DNA of 64,000 nucleotides. Source: Betaproteobacteria bacterium (GTDB lineage Bacteria; Pseudomonadota; Gammaproteobacteria; Burkholderiales; JACQAP01). Below, one piece after another: positions 47,089-58,410 of this stretch. Location of the stretch: NCBI GenBank assembly GCA_052387775.1, contig JBQTIV010000051.1:375-64374 (forward strand). The letters are read 5' to 3'. Position 1 is the first letter of the stretch, and each line of letters opens with the position of its first letter. The notes under the pieces are model-generated. The model was not told the DNA's origin, made no database searches, and saw only the letters and a list, made by a program, of their open reading frames with translations. The translations under genes and the position numbers were made by a program.

Positions 47089-48180
47089 CTATGGCAAAGC
47101 AGGTGTCTTTGGCTCCGGAAGTCCCGCGCGGATTCGAGCAGAGAAATCAGCCGCATTGTTCGCCGGCTGCGCGCGGGCATTGATATGAGCGCGCCGTTGG
47201 AGATCGGGGAAAGGCAGGCCACCGGTTTCGAGCCGCCCTTGCTCATAGAGGTACTCCGGCACATGGCCACTCACCAGCACCTTCCAGTTGAAGGGCAGAT
47301 GCTCCGGATTGACGCGGGTGTTCGTCCAGATGTTGGTGGTGCAGTTGGTGGTCAGGCTGTTGTAGAACTCGGGGCGGGTCTTCAACGAATTGAGCTTGTC
47401 CATGTATTCAAGGAATAGCCGCCGGCCGTTAGCGACGGGGCCATGTGCACGGAACAGATAAACGTCCTCCGGCGGATCACGACGGTAATTAGTGCGCAGC
47501 CGGATGACATCACGCTCATCGGCCACCACGTAGTAGAGTTCATATTGCCGGAAGAATCCCTTGATTGTCGAATAGCCTTCGTCTTTCGCTTTGCGCGCCT
47601 CGATGGAAATGGCCAGATGGTCGCCGCCGGTAAAGGCGAAACTCAGGAAAACATGCGCGATCGCCGGCCCCATCCAGTAGCTGGCCACCACGTCCACCCC
47701 TTCCAGCTTGCGCAGGTCGAAGGTCTTGTCGTAGTACGCGGACGTGAAATCGGTTTCGGTCCGGTAGTCGAAGTTGCGGATGTTGTGCACTTTGACCCGG
47801 TCGCCGTCGATGGTGGCATACGACAGCACCGCGACCTCCGGTTGCCAGTTGCGGTCGTTGGAGGGCTCCATGGTGTTCCACCACAAAAGCAGCACCGCGA
47901 AAAGCGCGAGAAATGCGCCCAGGAGACGGCCGCGCCATCGCAGGCGCAACATACCGAAGATCGTGGCAACGCCGGCGAGCCCGAAGGCGCCCGCTAACAG
48001 CGTTTGCAGCGGACCCGTGTGCGAGTCGCCGAAATAGATCGCAGCCGCACCCCAGCCGGTCACCGCCACCACTACGACCGCTGCCAGCCACAGGACCGCA
48101 GTGCGCGTCAGGTTCCGCGCCATTCCGCTGCCCGCCGACCGGAAAACAGGCACCATCAGCGTGGGTTCACCGTCCGCCAC
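47089..48180 (-). CDS. DUF4105 (Lnb N-terminal-like) membrane protein
   Basis: N-terminal TM helices, then NDRNWQPEVAVL...VHNIRNFDYR and HVFLSF. The start is ambiguous (48180, 48156 or 48123). Confidence 0.75.
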   Translation of the reverse strand: MADGEPTLMVPVFRSAGSGMARNLTRTAVLWLAAVVVVAVTGWGAAAIYFGDSHTGPLQTLLAGAFGLAGVATIFGMLRLRWRGRLLGAFLALFAVLLLWWNTMEPSNDRNWQPEVAVLSYATIDGDRVKVHNIRNFDYRTETDFTSAYYDKTFDLRKLEGVDVVASYWMGPAIAHVFLSFAFTGGDHLAISIEARKAKDEGYSTIKGFFRQYELYYVVADERDVIRLRTNYRRDPPEDVYLFRAHGPVANGRRLFLEYMDKLNSLKTRPEFYNSLTTNCTTNIWTNTRVNPEHLPFNWKVLVSGHVPEYLYEQGRLETGGLPFPDLQRRAHINARAQPANNAADFSARIRAGLPEPKTPALP

Positions 48181-48351
48181 GGGGCGATCTGATCATACGC
48201 CGGCATAACTCGTGGCACGGGCGTGGATTGCGTCACTTCAGTGCCCGATAAGGATTCAGTCGAGCTTCTTCGGCGCTGTCGTCGGTAACCGGGTATTCGC
48301 GCCTGTACCGGCTCCTCGACGCTTTTTGATTCACCGAAAACGGCTGGCGAA

Positions 48352-48819
48352 TTATTCCACGAGCGGAATTTGCGCCGCCAGCTCGTACCTGATGATCGCG
48401 CGGATCTTGTTCTCGATCTGCATGTAGCGCGCCACCTTCATGCCCGGGATTACTTTTTCCAGCTTCGGCATGTAGGTGCGCTTGAGCTTCACTTCCGCAT
48501 CCTCGATGGCGATCGCCTCGTTGATCAGTTTTTTCGCGGTTTCGTCGGACACCGGCCCCTTGTTGTAGGCGTCCGCGTAGCTCACGACCGTCCCGAGAAG
48601 CCGCTGGTTGATGCCCTGCAGTTCCTCCTGGTAGGCCTCGTACACCGGCCAGAAGCCCTTCGCTTCGTTATCTGTCAACTCCATATTGGCCGCGACAACC
48701 AGTTTCTTGTCGGCCTTGATCTTCTGCGCGAGGATCTCCATGTCGGAGTCGGTCTGCGCGGCCACAGGCAGCGCAAACAGGGTCACAACGGCAAAAAGTA
48801 CGGCTTTAGCGAGCTTCAT
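48352..48819 (-). CDS. Hypothetical periplasmic helical protein
   Basis: Signal peptide MKLAKAVLFAVVTLFALPVAAQ. Good codon bias. No motif recognised. Confidence 0.6.
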   Translation of the reverse strand: MKLAKAVLFAVVTLFALPVAAQTDSDMEILAQKIKADKKLVVAANMELTDNEAKGFWPVYEAYQEELQGINQRLLGTVVSYADAYNKGPVSDETAKKLINEAIAIEDAEVKLKRTYMPKLEKVIPGMKVARYMQIENKIRAIIRYELAAQIPLVE

Positions 48820-48848
48820 TTCAGGTTCTCCCTTCGGTTATGTTAAGA

Positions 48849-48880
48849 CGTGATTCGTGAACTGTAATTCGTGATTCGAG
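48849..48880. repeat. Heptamer array H7 (CGTGATT-type)
   Basis: CGTGATT CGTGAAC TGTAATT CGTGATT CGAG, read directly from sequence. Confidence 0.75.
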
Positions 48881-48939
48881 CACCCTCCCAGTACGCGGGA
48901 AACAGTTGGAGACACAGGTGATCAGGTCTACTCACGATT

Positions 48940-49248
48940 TACGGCGCGCGCATTATAGATTGGACTTCAGCTCTTGTGTGACGATTGAGCTTCGTGGCCT
49001 TGCCGGCGATGGCGACCCTGTCCGGGCCGAAGTCCTTATTGCAGACGAAGCTGTCGACGAAGGAAAAGGTGCCAGGAACCTTTTTGACGCGCTCCGGTAG
49101 TGCCGTCCAGCCCTGCGGCAAATAGATAGGGGGTGAATTCGAACTGCCATCGCGGCTCGCCATCCTCGGCCGCAAGGACGCTGGAAGCAAACGCGGAGAG
49201 CCCCACACACGCCGCAACGACATCAAGCCTGCCGGCTCCCGGATTCAA
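48940..49248 (-). pseudogene. Probable remnant of an outer-membrane beta-barrel gene
   Basis: TTG start, a signal peptide, then PRWQFEFTPYLFAAGLDGTTG. The frame runs into motif copy d and stops. A VDSF...DFG...A.K continuation is visible in another frame. Confidence 0.3.
49062..49088 (+). repeat. GGTGTCAGGAAC stem-loop motif, copy d (GGTGCCAGGAAC variant)
   Basis: GGAAAAGGTGCCAGGAACCTTTTTGAC. Confidence 0.8.
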
Positions 49249-49360
49249 TTGAATGATTTTGTCTTCCTGTGAATCTTCACCGCTTGGATCTCGATGGCTC
49301 GCCTGGGGTGGAAAGCCGCCTGCGCCTGTTCGAGATTACAGTCTCATCGCTTGAAAGTGC

Positions 49361-50173
49361 TCAAAACATCAGTTTTCCGTAGAGCATCAGTCCGGCAAAG
49401 TCGATATTGAGGTCGCCTTCGAAGTTCACGCCCGAGGAATCGCTGTCCGACTCGACCGCCAAGCGCACGGCATTGAGTCCGGCACCAATGGCAAAGTTCT
49501 TCCAGGCGCGATACTCGGCGGCAAGAAGCGCATCGCTGATCTGGCCCCTGAAATCGTCGAACTCGAGATACATGAACTCGAGCGACGATCGTACATACCA
49601 CTTTTCCGTCAACGCCACGTCGAGTCGCGCGCCGACTACGGGCAGCGGTGCGGTGACGGCGTCACCTGCGGTGCCTATGCCCGCCGACGTGACCGCCAGC
49701 CCGATATCCGTTATATGAAGGCCGACCGACCCGGCAAAATCGACGCGATCATCCTGTAGAAAGGAATAGCTGTAGCGCACATTGTAGAAGGCCAGGTCGA
49801 ATTCGCTGTTCACCGTCGCGCCGACCGGGTAAGTCGTGCCATCAATATCGATATTCCGGTTCAGGGTCTTGGTGGCGTCGCGGGAGAGGTCAAACCAGGT
49901 AAAGTCCACGCGATGCCGGCGACTCGAGCCAAACCGGTAGGCACCATCGAACCGGAACACGGCTTGGGAGCTGTCCATGCCCAGGGCCTCGTCGAGATCA
50001 AATTCGGCGCCCACCCCAGGGGTGCCAATGCGCAAGTCGGCGCCAAGATCTGCGGCAAAGCCGCCGAGGCTGACACTCCATTTCTCCCAGGGGCCGCCGC
50101 CCTCTTCAGCCAAAGCGGACTGCATCGACAGCGCCAGGGCGGCAAGCCAGATTCCTTTGAGCATTCGTGTCAT
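49361..50173 (-). CDS. Hypothetical outer-membrane beta-barrel protein
   Basis: Signal peptide MTRMLKGIWLAALALSMQSALA and a terminal ...LYGKLMF. Start trimmed from 50248. Confidence 0.6.
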   Translation of the reverse strand: MTRMLKGIWLAALALSMQSALAEEGGGPWEKWSVSLGGFAADLGADLRIGTPGVGAEFDLDEALGMDSSQAVFRFDGAYRFGSSRRHRVDFTWFDLSRDATKTLNRNIDIDGTTYPVGATVNSEFDLAFYNVRYSYSFLQDDRVDFAGSVGLHITDIGLAVTSAGIGTAGDAVTAPLPVVGARLDVALTEKWYVRSSLEFMYLEFDDFRGQISDALLAAEYRAWKNFAIGAGLNAVRLAVESDSDSSGVNFEGDLNIDFAGLMLYGKLMF

Positions 50174-50255
50174 GATTTCCTCCGATTCGGTCTGCCCGGT
50201 CGCCAGTCGATCAAGGCACGCGGGCGTTGGCCGGCAGATATCCGGCAAGGCCGAA

Positions 50256-50470
50256 TCATATCAAAACAAATCCGGCAACGCGTCCGATCTTTTGGGTACT
50301 ACGCAGCTGTTCCAATTGCGTACACCAGTACGCGCCATGCCATACCGGCAGCCATTGAAGCGAATTGCGCAATGCGGCCATCGCCGTCAGCAGGGAGGCA
50401 ATAAACAGCAACTGGCCGATTTCCATGCCGACATTGAAAGCGAGCACAGGGAGCGGAATGTCACTCTCGG
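50256..50470 (-). pseudogene. Possible C-terminal fragment of a HupE/UreJ-type membrane protein
   Basis: LAFNVGMEIGQLLFIASLL resembles the HupE/UreJ_2 C-terminus. The upstream part of the ORF is non-membrane junk. Confidence 0.3.
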
Positions 50471-50706
50471 GCAGGCCAACCTCGCGCCTGCTTGCCCGGT
50501 CTCCTCCCGCCTCCTTTTTCGGCGCGTTCGCTGTTCGTTCATCTGGACCTTGGTCCAATCGGCTATCCGCCCGACAAACAGGATAAATCGACCCTGATCC
50601 TTTCATTTGGCCGAACTGGAACACTCAATTTGCCGCATCCCAGGATTACGACGGGGCATTGACATATGGATGCGTGTCGAGTAGCGCGCCGCCGCCTATC
50701 GCGCCT

Positions 50707-50799
50707 GTGATTCGCGACTGGGGATGCGAGATTCACGGCACGCGTCCCGCGTCCGGGAACTCGTATCTCGTTTCTCGCATCCCCAGTCCTCACTCAACC
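50707..50799. repeat. Heptamer-phased hairpin element H8
   Basis: A perfect 14-nt inverted repeat, CTGGGGATGCGAGA (50718-50731) and TCTCGCATCCCCAG (50773-50786), set within 7-nt-phased arms. Confidence 0.8.
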
Positions 50800-50914
50800 T
50801 TCTCGATGTCTGGCGGCGGCCAGCGCTCGGCGAAATCAGATTTGGCCGGCGCATAGAGCACGTTTTGAAGTCCGTTTGGAGCGGCGAATCGGCATTCCTC
50901 ACGATGAATACGAC

Positions 50915-50948
50915 AAAAAGCCGCGCCCGCCAGTGTGACGAGTGCGGC
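50915..50948 (-). terminator. Candidate intrinsic terminator of the sulfatase gene
   Basis: On the minus strand, GCCGC...GCGGC is followed by TTTTT. The stem is short and the loop is long. Confidence 0.35.
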
Positions 50949-50984
50949 CTGATGGGCTGAGCCAGTGTTTCCTATTGCGCGACG

Positions 50985-52526
<1,542 letters not shown>

Positions 52527-52858
52527 GGCTGTCGTTCCTTATTGATATTGAAATGAATTCGATTCAACCTCTGACACAGTTTCCCCTTTTTCCATGTCGT
52601 TCTTGTGTCATTCGTTGTCGGTGGGGGGCGATTGTATGCGACGAGCCTACAACCGGTAAAGAGTTGGATTCTGCCCGAGCAAGCCTCGCCGTCCGAGGTG
52701 CGTTTCGGTTATCATCTGCGCGCGGTGCACCACGCCGGAAACGATGATGTTCACAGCATGGGCCGGAGGCTTCGGTACATGGACTACGCATTGACGCGGA
52801 CTTGGTCTTTGCCCGGCCGGTTCTTCGATAAGCAAATAACCAGTGCGAGATCTCAGAC

Positions 52859-55390
52859 ATGTTCAAGCGCGCGTTCTTCACCCTTGCACTAGCGGTATTG
52901 CCCGGACTGTCTTCAGCGGCCGAGTCCGTCGACCTGCGCGATCTGGCGGGTTGTAAACCCGGGTCTGACGATCGGATCGTGACCCATGAAGGTCTGTTCA
53001 CGGTACACCTGGTCTGTGATCGCCTGCTGCTCGAGATCCCCGACCGGATGTACAAGCGGGACATGCTGCTCAACACCGAGTTCGCGGGCTTGTCCGGCAG
53101 TTCCGAGTTCATTGCACCGGGGACGCTCGTGGACAACCGGGTTGTCCGCTGGCTCCGCCGCGGCAACAAAGTGGGCCTGGTGGTCGTCGATTACGAGATT
53201 GCGTCGGCCCGCGCGCCGGGCATCGAGCGCGCCGTGGCAGCAACCTCGCTGCCCAGCATCGTGAAAGTGTTCAACATCGTCGGCCGCGGCTCCGGGGGCG
53301 ATGCGGTGATCGACGTGACGCAACTGTTCACCTCACCCCCGAGCGGGTTCGCACTCGGGTTCATGAAGCACTTCGGCGTACGCGACGTCGATCCTGAGCG
53401 CTCGTTTATAGAGGGGGTAAAGGCGTTTCCCGACAACATCGGCATCCGCTTCTACCAGACCTGGGTCGCCGACCGCGATGAGCTGCTGAGAGATGTGGAA
53501 AAAAGGCAGGAGTCGGTAACCGCATCCATGGGCTTTTTGTTCTACACCAACATCTATCTGCTTCCGGAGCAGCCGATGCGGCCCCGGTTCTGGGATCCGC
53601 GCGTGGGCTACTTCGCCACGAGGTTCCAGGACTACGGCACAGGCGACTTCGGCGGCATCGAGCGCGGATTCATCCAGCGCTACCGGCTGGAGAAGAAGGA
53701 CCCCAAGGCACTGCTCTCGGACCCCGTGAAGCCGATCGTGTTCTACATCGGCCGCGGAGTGCCTGAGGTGTGGCGCCCGTACATCAAGCAGGCCGTCGAA
53801 GACTGGCAAGGCGTATTCGCGCAAGTCGGCTTCAAGGGCGCGATCGTCGCGCGAAATGCGCCCAGTGAGTCCGAGGACCCTTCCTGGGACCCGGATGATG
53901 TGCGCCATAACGTGATCCGCTGGACGCCGAGCGGGCGGCGCAATGCCCTGGGCGCCGCCGTAGTCGATCCGCGCAGCGGCGAGGTGATCTCCTCGCACAC
54001 GCTGTTGTGGCACGACGTGCTCAAGCTGCTGGAGACCTGGTACTTCACCCAGGCCAGTCCGCTCGATCCACGCGCGCAGAAGCTGCCGTTGCCGACCGAG
54101 CTGATGGGCGAATTGCTGCGCTACGTACTCCGACACGAGATCGGGCACGCGCTGGGACTGCGCCACAACTTCAAGGCCAGTTCTGCCGTCACCGTGAAGC
54201 AACTGCGCGATCCGCAGTGGACGAACCTCTGGGGCACTTCGGCCTCCACGATGAGCTACGCCCGCTTCAACTACGTCGCGCAACCAGGCGACGGAGCCGG
54301 CCTGCTGCCGAAGTTCGGACCCTATGACTACTTTGCCATCGAGTGGGGCTACAAGGTCTTCCCGGAGGACATGACGCCCGACGAGGAGCACGCACGGCTC
54401 GACGAAATTGCCGGACGCCAGGTGAGCAATCCGTTGCTTCGCTTCGGCGGCGAAGATGAGGCGGCAGAGATTGACCCCACGGTGTCTACAAGCGCGCTGG
54501 GAGCCGACCCCATAGCGGCAGGCGATCTGGGCCTGCGCAACATTGACCGCGTCATGTCCTTCATCGTTCCGGCCACGACGCGCACTGGCGAGGGATACGA
54601 CAAGTTGAGCGAGATGTACGAAGCGCTGATGCAACAGCGCCATAGCGAGCTGGTCTACGTCTCCGGGATCGTCGGCGGCGTGGAAGAGATCCGTTACCAG
54701 GCGGGCCGCGGCAAGGCGCCATTCGCTCCCGTTGAACCCGTTCGCCAGCGGGAGGCGGTAAAGTTCCTGCTCGAGCGCGCATTCGTCGAGCCCAAAGCCT
54801 TGCTCGATCCTGGCGTACTACGCCGCATCACACCATCGGGCGGCGCCGACCCGCTGCAGGGATCGAACGTAGCTCTGCTGCGCCGTCTTATCAATTCGGC
54901 AGTGTTTCAGCGCATGCTGGAAGCCAGCAGCGTGGGCATGGGCCGCTACACGGGACTGGAACTGCTGTACGATCTCAACGAGGGCCTGTTCAGCGAGCTG
55001 GGCATGAAATCTCCGGTTGTCAGCCCCTATCGCCGGCAAGTGCAGCGCAGCTACGTGACGGTCGTACTGACGGCTACCGGAACGATCGACGAACCCTCCC
55101 AGAGCGCCAACATCGACAGCGCCAACCTCGACAACGAACGCGTGGACTCCGGCAGCGTGCGCAAGTCCAAGTCGAACCTAAGCACCACTCGATCCTTCGA
55201 TTCCGAGATCGCCTCCATTGGCCAGCAGTTCAGCAGCGGCGCCGACGCGCTGAGCGAATACCGCGGGATTCTGCGCGCCGCCGTCGCGGAACTGTACAAG
55301 AGGATCGACGAGGCGCTCGCCAGAACTAAAGATCAGGACACGCTGCTGCATTTGCGGCTGATCAAGTCGCAGCTCGCCAACGTGTCCTAG
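52859..55390 (+). CDS. Secreted zinc metalloprotease (DUF5117/DUF4953-type)
   Basis: HEIGHALGLRHNF zincin motif, signal peptide, 843 aa. Confidence 0.85.
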   Translation: MFKRAFFTLALAVLPGLSSAAESVDLRDLAGCKPGSDDRIVTHEGLFTVHLVCDRLLLEIPDRMYKRDMLLNTEFAGLSGSSEFIAPGTLVDNRVVRWLRRGNKVGLVVVDYEIASARAPGIERAVAATSLPSIVKVFNIVGRGSGGDAVIDVTQLFTSPPSGFALGFMKHFGVRDVDPERSFIEGVKAFPDNIGIRFYQTWVADRDELLRDVEKRQESVTASMGFLFYTNIYLLPEQPMRPRFWDPRVGYFATRFQDYGTGDFGGIERGFIQRYRLEKKDPKALLSDPVKPIVFYIGRGVPEVWRPYIKQAVEDWQGVFAQVGFKGAIVARNAPSESEDPSWDPDDVRHNVIRWTPSGRRNALGAAVVDPRSGEVISSHTLLWHDVLKLLETWYFTQASPLDPRAQKLPLPTELMGELLRYVLRHEIGHALGLRHNFKASSAVTVKQLRDPQWTNLWGTSASTMSYARFNYVAQPGDGAGLLPKFGPYDYFAIEWGYKVFPEDMTPDEEHARLDEIAGRQVSNPLLRFGGEDEAAEIDPTVSTSALGADPIAAGDLGLRNIDRVMSFIVPATTRTGEGYDKLSEMYEALMQQRHSELVYVSGIVGGVEEIRYQAGRGKAPFAPVEPVRQREAVKFLLERAFVEPKALLDPGVLRRITPSGGADPLQGSNVALLRRLINSAVFQRMLEASSVGMGRYTGLELLYDLNEGLFSELGMKSPVVSPYRRQVQRSYVTVVLTATGTIDEPSQSANIDSANLDNERVDSGSVRKSKSNLSTTRSFDSEIASIGQQFSSGADALSEYRGILRAAVAELYKRIDEALARTKDQDTLLHLRLIKSQLANVS

Positions 55391-55638
55391 CCCGCCTGTC
55401 TCGCCTGCGTCCAAAGGCTGCGCGATCAACGCATAGAGCGAAGGGAGGCAGGCCGCTCCGGTCGCAGATCCAGGCAGAACGGGAACGCGCCATGGAAAAG
55501 GTGGGTGGATTCAATATCTAACCGCACCACTTGAGCGCAGGCAGGACACGGCGGGTATTTGGTAGTGTGAGAAGCGCGCCCAATCCACCTGCCAGGAGAC
55601 ACCCACCATTTCCTACGCACAGCTTTCGCGGGAAGAGC

Positions 55639-55760
55639 GTGTGGTATGCTCCGCCCGGGAAAAAAAGAGCGCCCTGCACAACTGCGCGGCCCCAGCCCAT
55701 ACCACCCCAGGAGACCATCGTGCGTATCCTTTCTGCTGTCGCAATTGCTGCTCTGTTGCT
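55639..55760 (+). promoter_or_regulatory. Leader cassette copy 1 (candidate extended -10, 5-prime UTR, SD, first ~14 codons)
   Basis: About 115 of 122 nt are identical to 58289-58410 by manual alignment. TGgTATGCT at 55642-55650. AGGAGA lies 6 nt before GTG 55720. Confidence 0.6.
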
Positions 55761-58059
55761 CAATACTACTGCGCTGGCCGCGGATACCCGACTTGATCGC
55801 ACGGTGCTGCCGATCGCAGAGCCGAAGTTCAAGTCGATCACCACACTGGACGCGCGCAATGCAAAGGCGCCAGCCCGCTTCGAGGTGAAAGCGCCGCAAG
55901 GCGCGCCCAACGTCGTGGTTGTGCTGATCGACGACATCGGCTTTGGCCACAGCAGCGCCTTCGGCGGGCCGATCCACATGCCCACGCTGGAGAAGCTGGC
56001 GGGCGGCGGTCTCAAGTACAACCGCTTCCACACCACGGCGCTCTGCAGTCCGACCCGTACGGCCCTGCTAACCGGCCACAACCACCATGCCAACAACGCC
56101 GGTGCGATCATGGAACTCGCGACCGCCTTTCCCGGCAACACCGGCGTGCGCCCACGGACCATCGCAACCCTGGCCGAGATTCTTCGCCAGAACGGCTACA
56201 GCACCGCCGCCTTCGGCAAGTACCACGAGACGCCGCCCTGGGAGGTCTCGGTCTCCGGTCCGTACGACCGCTGGCCCACGGGCTCGGGATTCGACAAGTT
56301 CTACGGTTTCATCGGCGGCGAGACCAACCAGTGGGCGCCGGCCATCTACGACGGCACGGTGCGCGTCGAGCACAAGCAAAGCCCTGATTACCACTTCACG
56401 GTGGACATGACCGATCAGGCGATCAATTGGGTCAGCGCCCAGCAGGCCCTCACGCCGGGCAAGCCTTTCTACATGTATTTCGCCACCGGTGCCACGCATG
56501 CTCCGCACCACGCGCCCAAGGAGTGGATCGCCAAGTACAAGGGGCAGTTTGGCGGCGGCTGGGACAAGTTGCGCGAGGAAACTTTCGCCCGTCAGAAGAA
56601 GCTCGGCGTGATCCCGGCCGACGCACAGCTCACAACCCGGCCCAAGGAAATTCCCGCCTGGGATGACATGAGCGCTGAGCAGAAGAGGCTGTTCGAGCGC
56701 CAGATGGAAACCTTCGCCGGTTTCGCCGAGCACACCGACCATGAAGTGGGACGGCTGGTGGCGCAGTTGGATGCGATCGGCGAGTTGGACAACACGATCT
56801 TCTTCTACATCGTGGGTGACAACGGCGCCAGCGCTGAAGGCGGGCCGGAAGGCACCTACAACGAGATGATGGCGCTGAACGGAATCATCGGCAAAGCCGA
56901 ACAGATGATGGATCACATCGAATCGTGGGGCGATGCCACGACGTTTCCGCACTTCGCCATCGGCTGGGCCTGGGCGGGCAACACGCCTTTCCAGTGGACC
57001 AAGCAGGTGGCCAGCCACTTCGGCGGCACGCGCAACGGCATGGTGCTGCACTGGCCCAAGGGCATCAAGGCCAAGGGACAGATCCGCAGCCAGTTCCATC
57101 ACGTGGTCGACGTGGCCCCCACCGTACTGGAGGCCGCAAAACTGCCGCGGCCCAAGGTCGTGAGCGGTATCAAGCAACGGCCGATGGACGGCGTCTCGAT
57201 GCTGTACTCGGCCGACAACGCCAAGGCCGCCGATCGGCGCAAGACACAGTACTTCGAGATGTTCGGCAACCGCGGCATCTACCATGATGGTTGGATCGCC
57301 TGCACCCGGCATTCCGTCCCTTGGGACATGGCCGCGAAGAATCCGCCGCTGAAGGACGACGTGTGGGAGCTCTACAACGTGAACGAGGACTTCAGCCAGG
57401 CGAACGACCTGGCGCAACAGAATCCTGCCAAGCTCAAGGAACTGCAGGAACTGTTCATGAAGGAAGCCGCCAGGAACAACGTGCTGCCGATCGACGATCG
57501 TCGCGCCGAGCGCTTCAACCCGGCCATCGCCGGCCGTCCCGACCTGTTGGGCGGACGCAAGACGCTGACGGTCTACCCTGGCATGACGGGCCTGCTGGAA
57601 AACGCCTTCATCAACGTGAAAGGGGTGCACCACACCATCACCGCCGAGGTGGAGGTGAAGAACGCAAAGTCGCAAGGCGTGATCCTCGCCCAAGCCGGTT
57701 ACTTCGGCGGATGGGTCCTCTACATGAAGGACGGCAACGTGCACCACGAATATAACTGGTTCGCCATCGAGCGCACCAACATCGCGAGCGCCACAGCGCT
57801 TGCACCCGGGAAGCACACGATCTCCTACGAGTTCATCCCCGACGCGGCGAAGCCGGGCACAGGCGGCAAGTCGATCCTGAGCATCGATGGCGAGAAGGCC
57901 GCCGAAGGATACATCCCTAAAACGCAGCCCTTCATGTTCTCGGCGGATGAAGGCGCGGACGTCGGCGTGGACGGCGAGACCAACGTTTCCACCGACTACC
58001 AGCAGGGCAACAACGCCTTCACCGGCAAGATCAACAAGGTGACCGTCAGCGTGAAATAA
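55720..58059 (+). CDS. Arylsulfatase
   Basis: GTG start after AGGAGA. Signal peptide VRILSAVAIAALLL. VVVLIDDIGFG and the canonical FGly motif LCSPTRTALLTG. The upstream part of the track ORF was discarded. Confidence 0.9.
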   Translation: MRILSAVAIAALLLNTTALAADTRLDRTVLPIAEPKFKSITTLDARNAKAPARFEVKAPQGAPNVVVVLIDDIGFGHSSAFGGPIHMPTLEKLAGGGLKYNRFHTTALCSPTRTALLTGHNHHANNAGAIMELATAFPGNTGVRPRTIATLAEILRQNGYSTAAFGKYHETPPWEVSVSGPYDRWPTGSGFDKFYGFIGGETNQWAPAIYDGTVRVEHKQSPDYHFTVDMTDQAINWVSAQQALTPGKPFYMYFATGATHAPHHAPKEWIAKYKGQFGGGWDKLREETFARQKKLGVIPADAQLTTRPKEIPAWDDMSAEQKRLFERQMETFAGFAEHTDHEVGRLVAQLDAIGELDNTIFFYIVGDNGASAEGGPEGTYNEMMALNGIIGKAEQMMDHIESWGDATTFPHFAIGWAWAGNTPFQWTKQVASHFGGTRNGMVLHWPKGIKAKGQIRSQFHHVVDVAPTVLEAAKLPRPKVVSGIKQRPMDGVSMLYSADNAKAADRRKTQYFEMFGNRGIYHDGWIACTRHSVPWDMAAKNPPLKDDVWELYNVNEDFSQANDLAQQNPAKLKELQELFMKEAARNNVLPIDDRRAERFNPAIAGRPDLLGGRKTLTVYPGMTGLLENAFINVKGVHHTITAEVEVKNAKSQGVILAQAGYFGGWVLYMKDGNVHHEYNWFAIERTNIASATALAPGKHTISYEFIPDAAKPGTGGKSILSIDGEKAAEGYIPKTQPFMFSADEGADVGVDGETNVSTDYQQGNNAFTGKINKVTVSVK

Positions 58060-58102
58060 GGCTGGAGAATAGACCACGCTTTGTTTCGGGGCCGCGTGGG
58101 CC

Positions 58103-58121
58103 AGAAAAAGGTGTCAGGAAC
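58103..58121 (+). repeat. GGTGTCAGGAAC stem-loop motif, copy e
   Basis: AGAAAAAGGTGTCAGGAAC, lacking the 3-prime ACCTTTT half. Confidence 0.7.
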
Positions 58122-58288
58122 GAGTGGCTGTTGCTTGACACCCGCCCAGCCCACCCCCCTCTTCCTTCTCGCGTCCCCGCACGCGCGGGATCAGCGTTAG
58201 CGGGAGCAAGTTCAAGGGGTCTTGTTTCTTGCAAACGTAAAACGAAGTCACAAGCGCAATTAAAGGGGCGGGCTGTAACGGGAGGAGG

Positions 58289-58410
58289 GTGTGGTATGCT
58301 CCGCCCGGGAAAAAAAGAGCACCCCGCGCAACTGCGCGGCCCCAGCCCATACCACCCCAGGAGACCATCGTGCGTATCCTCTCTGCTGTTGCGATTGCTG
58401 CACTGTTGCT
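58289..58410 (+). promoter_or_regulatory. Leader cassette copy 2
   Basis: See copy 1. TGgTATGCT at 58292-58300 and GTG at 58370. Confidence 0.6.
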
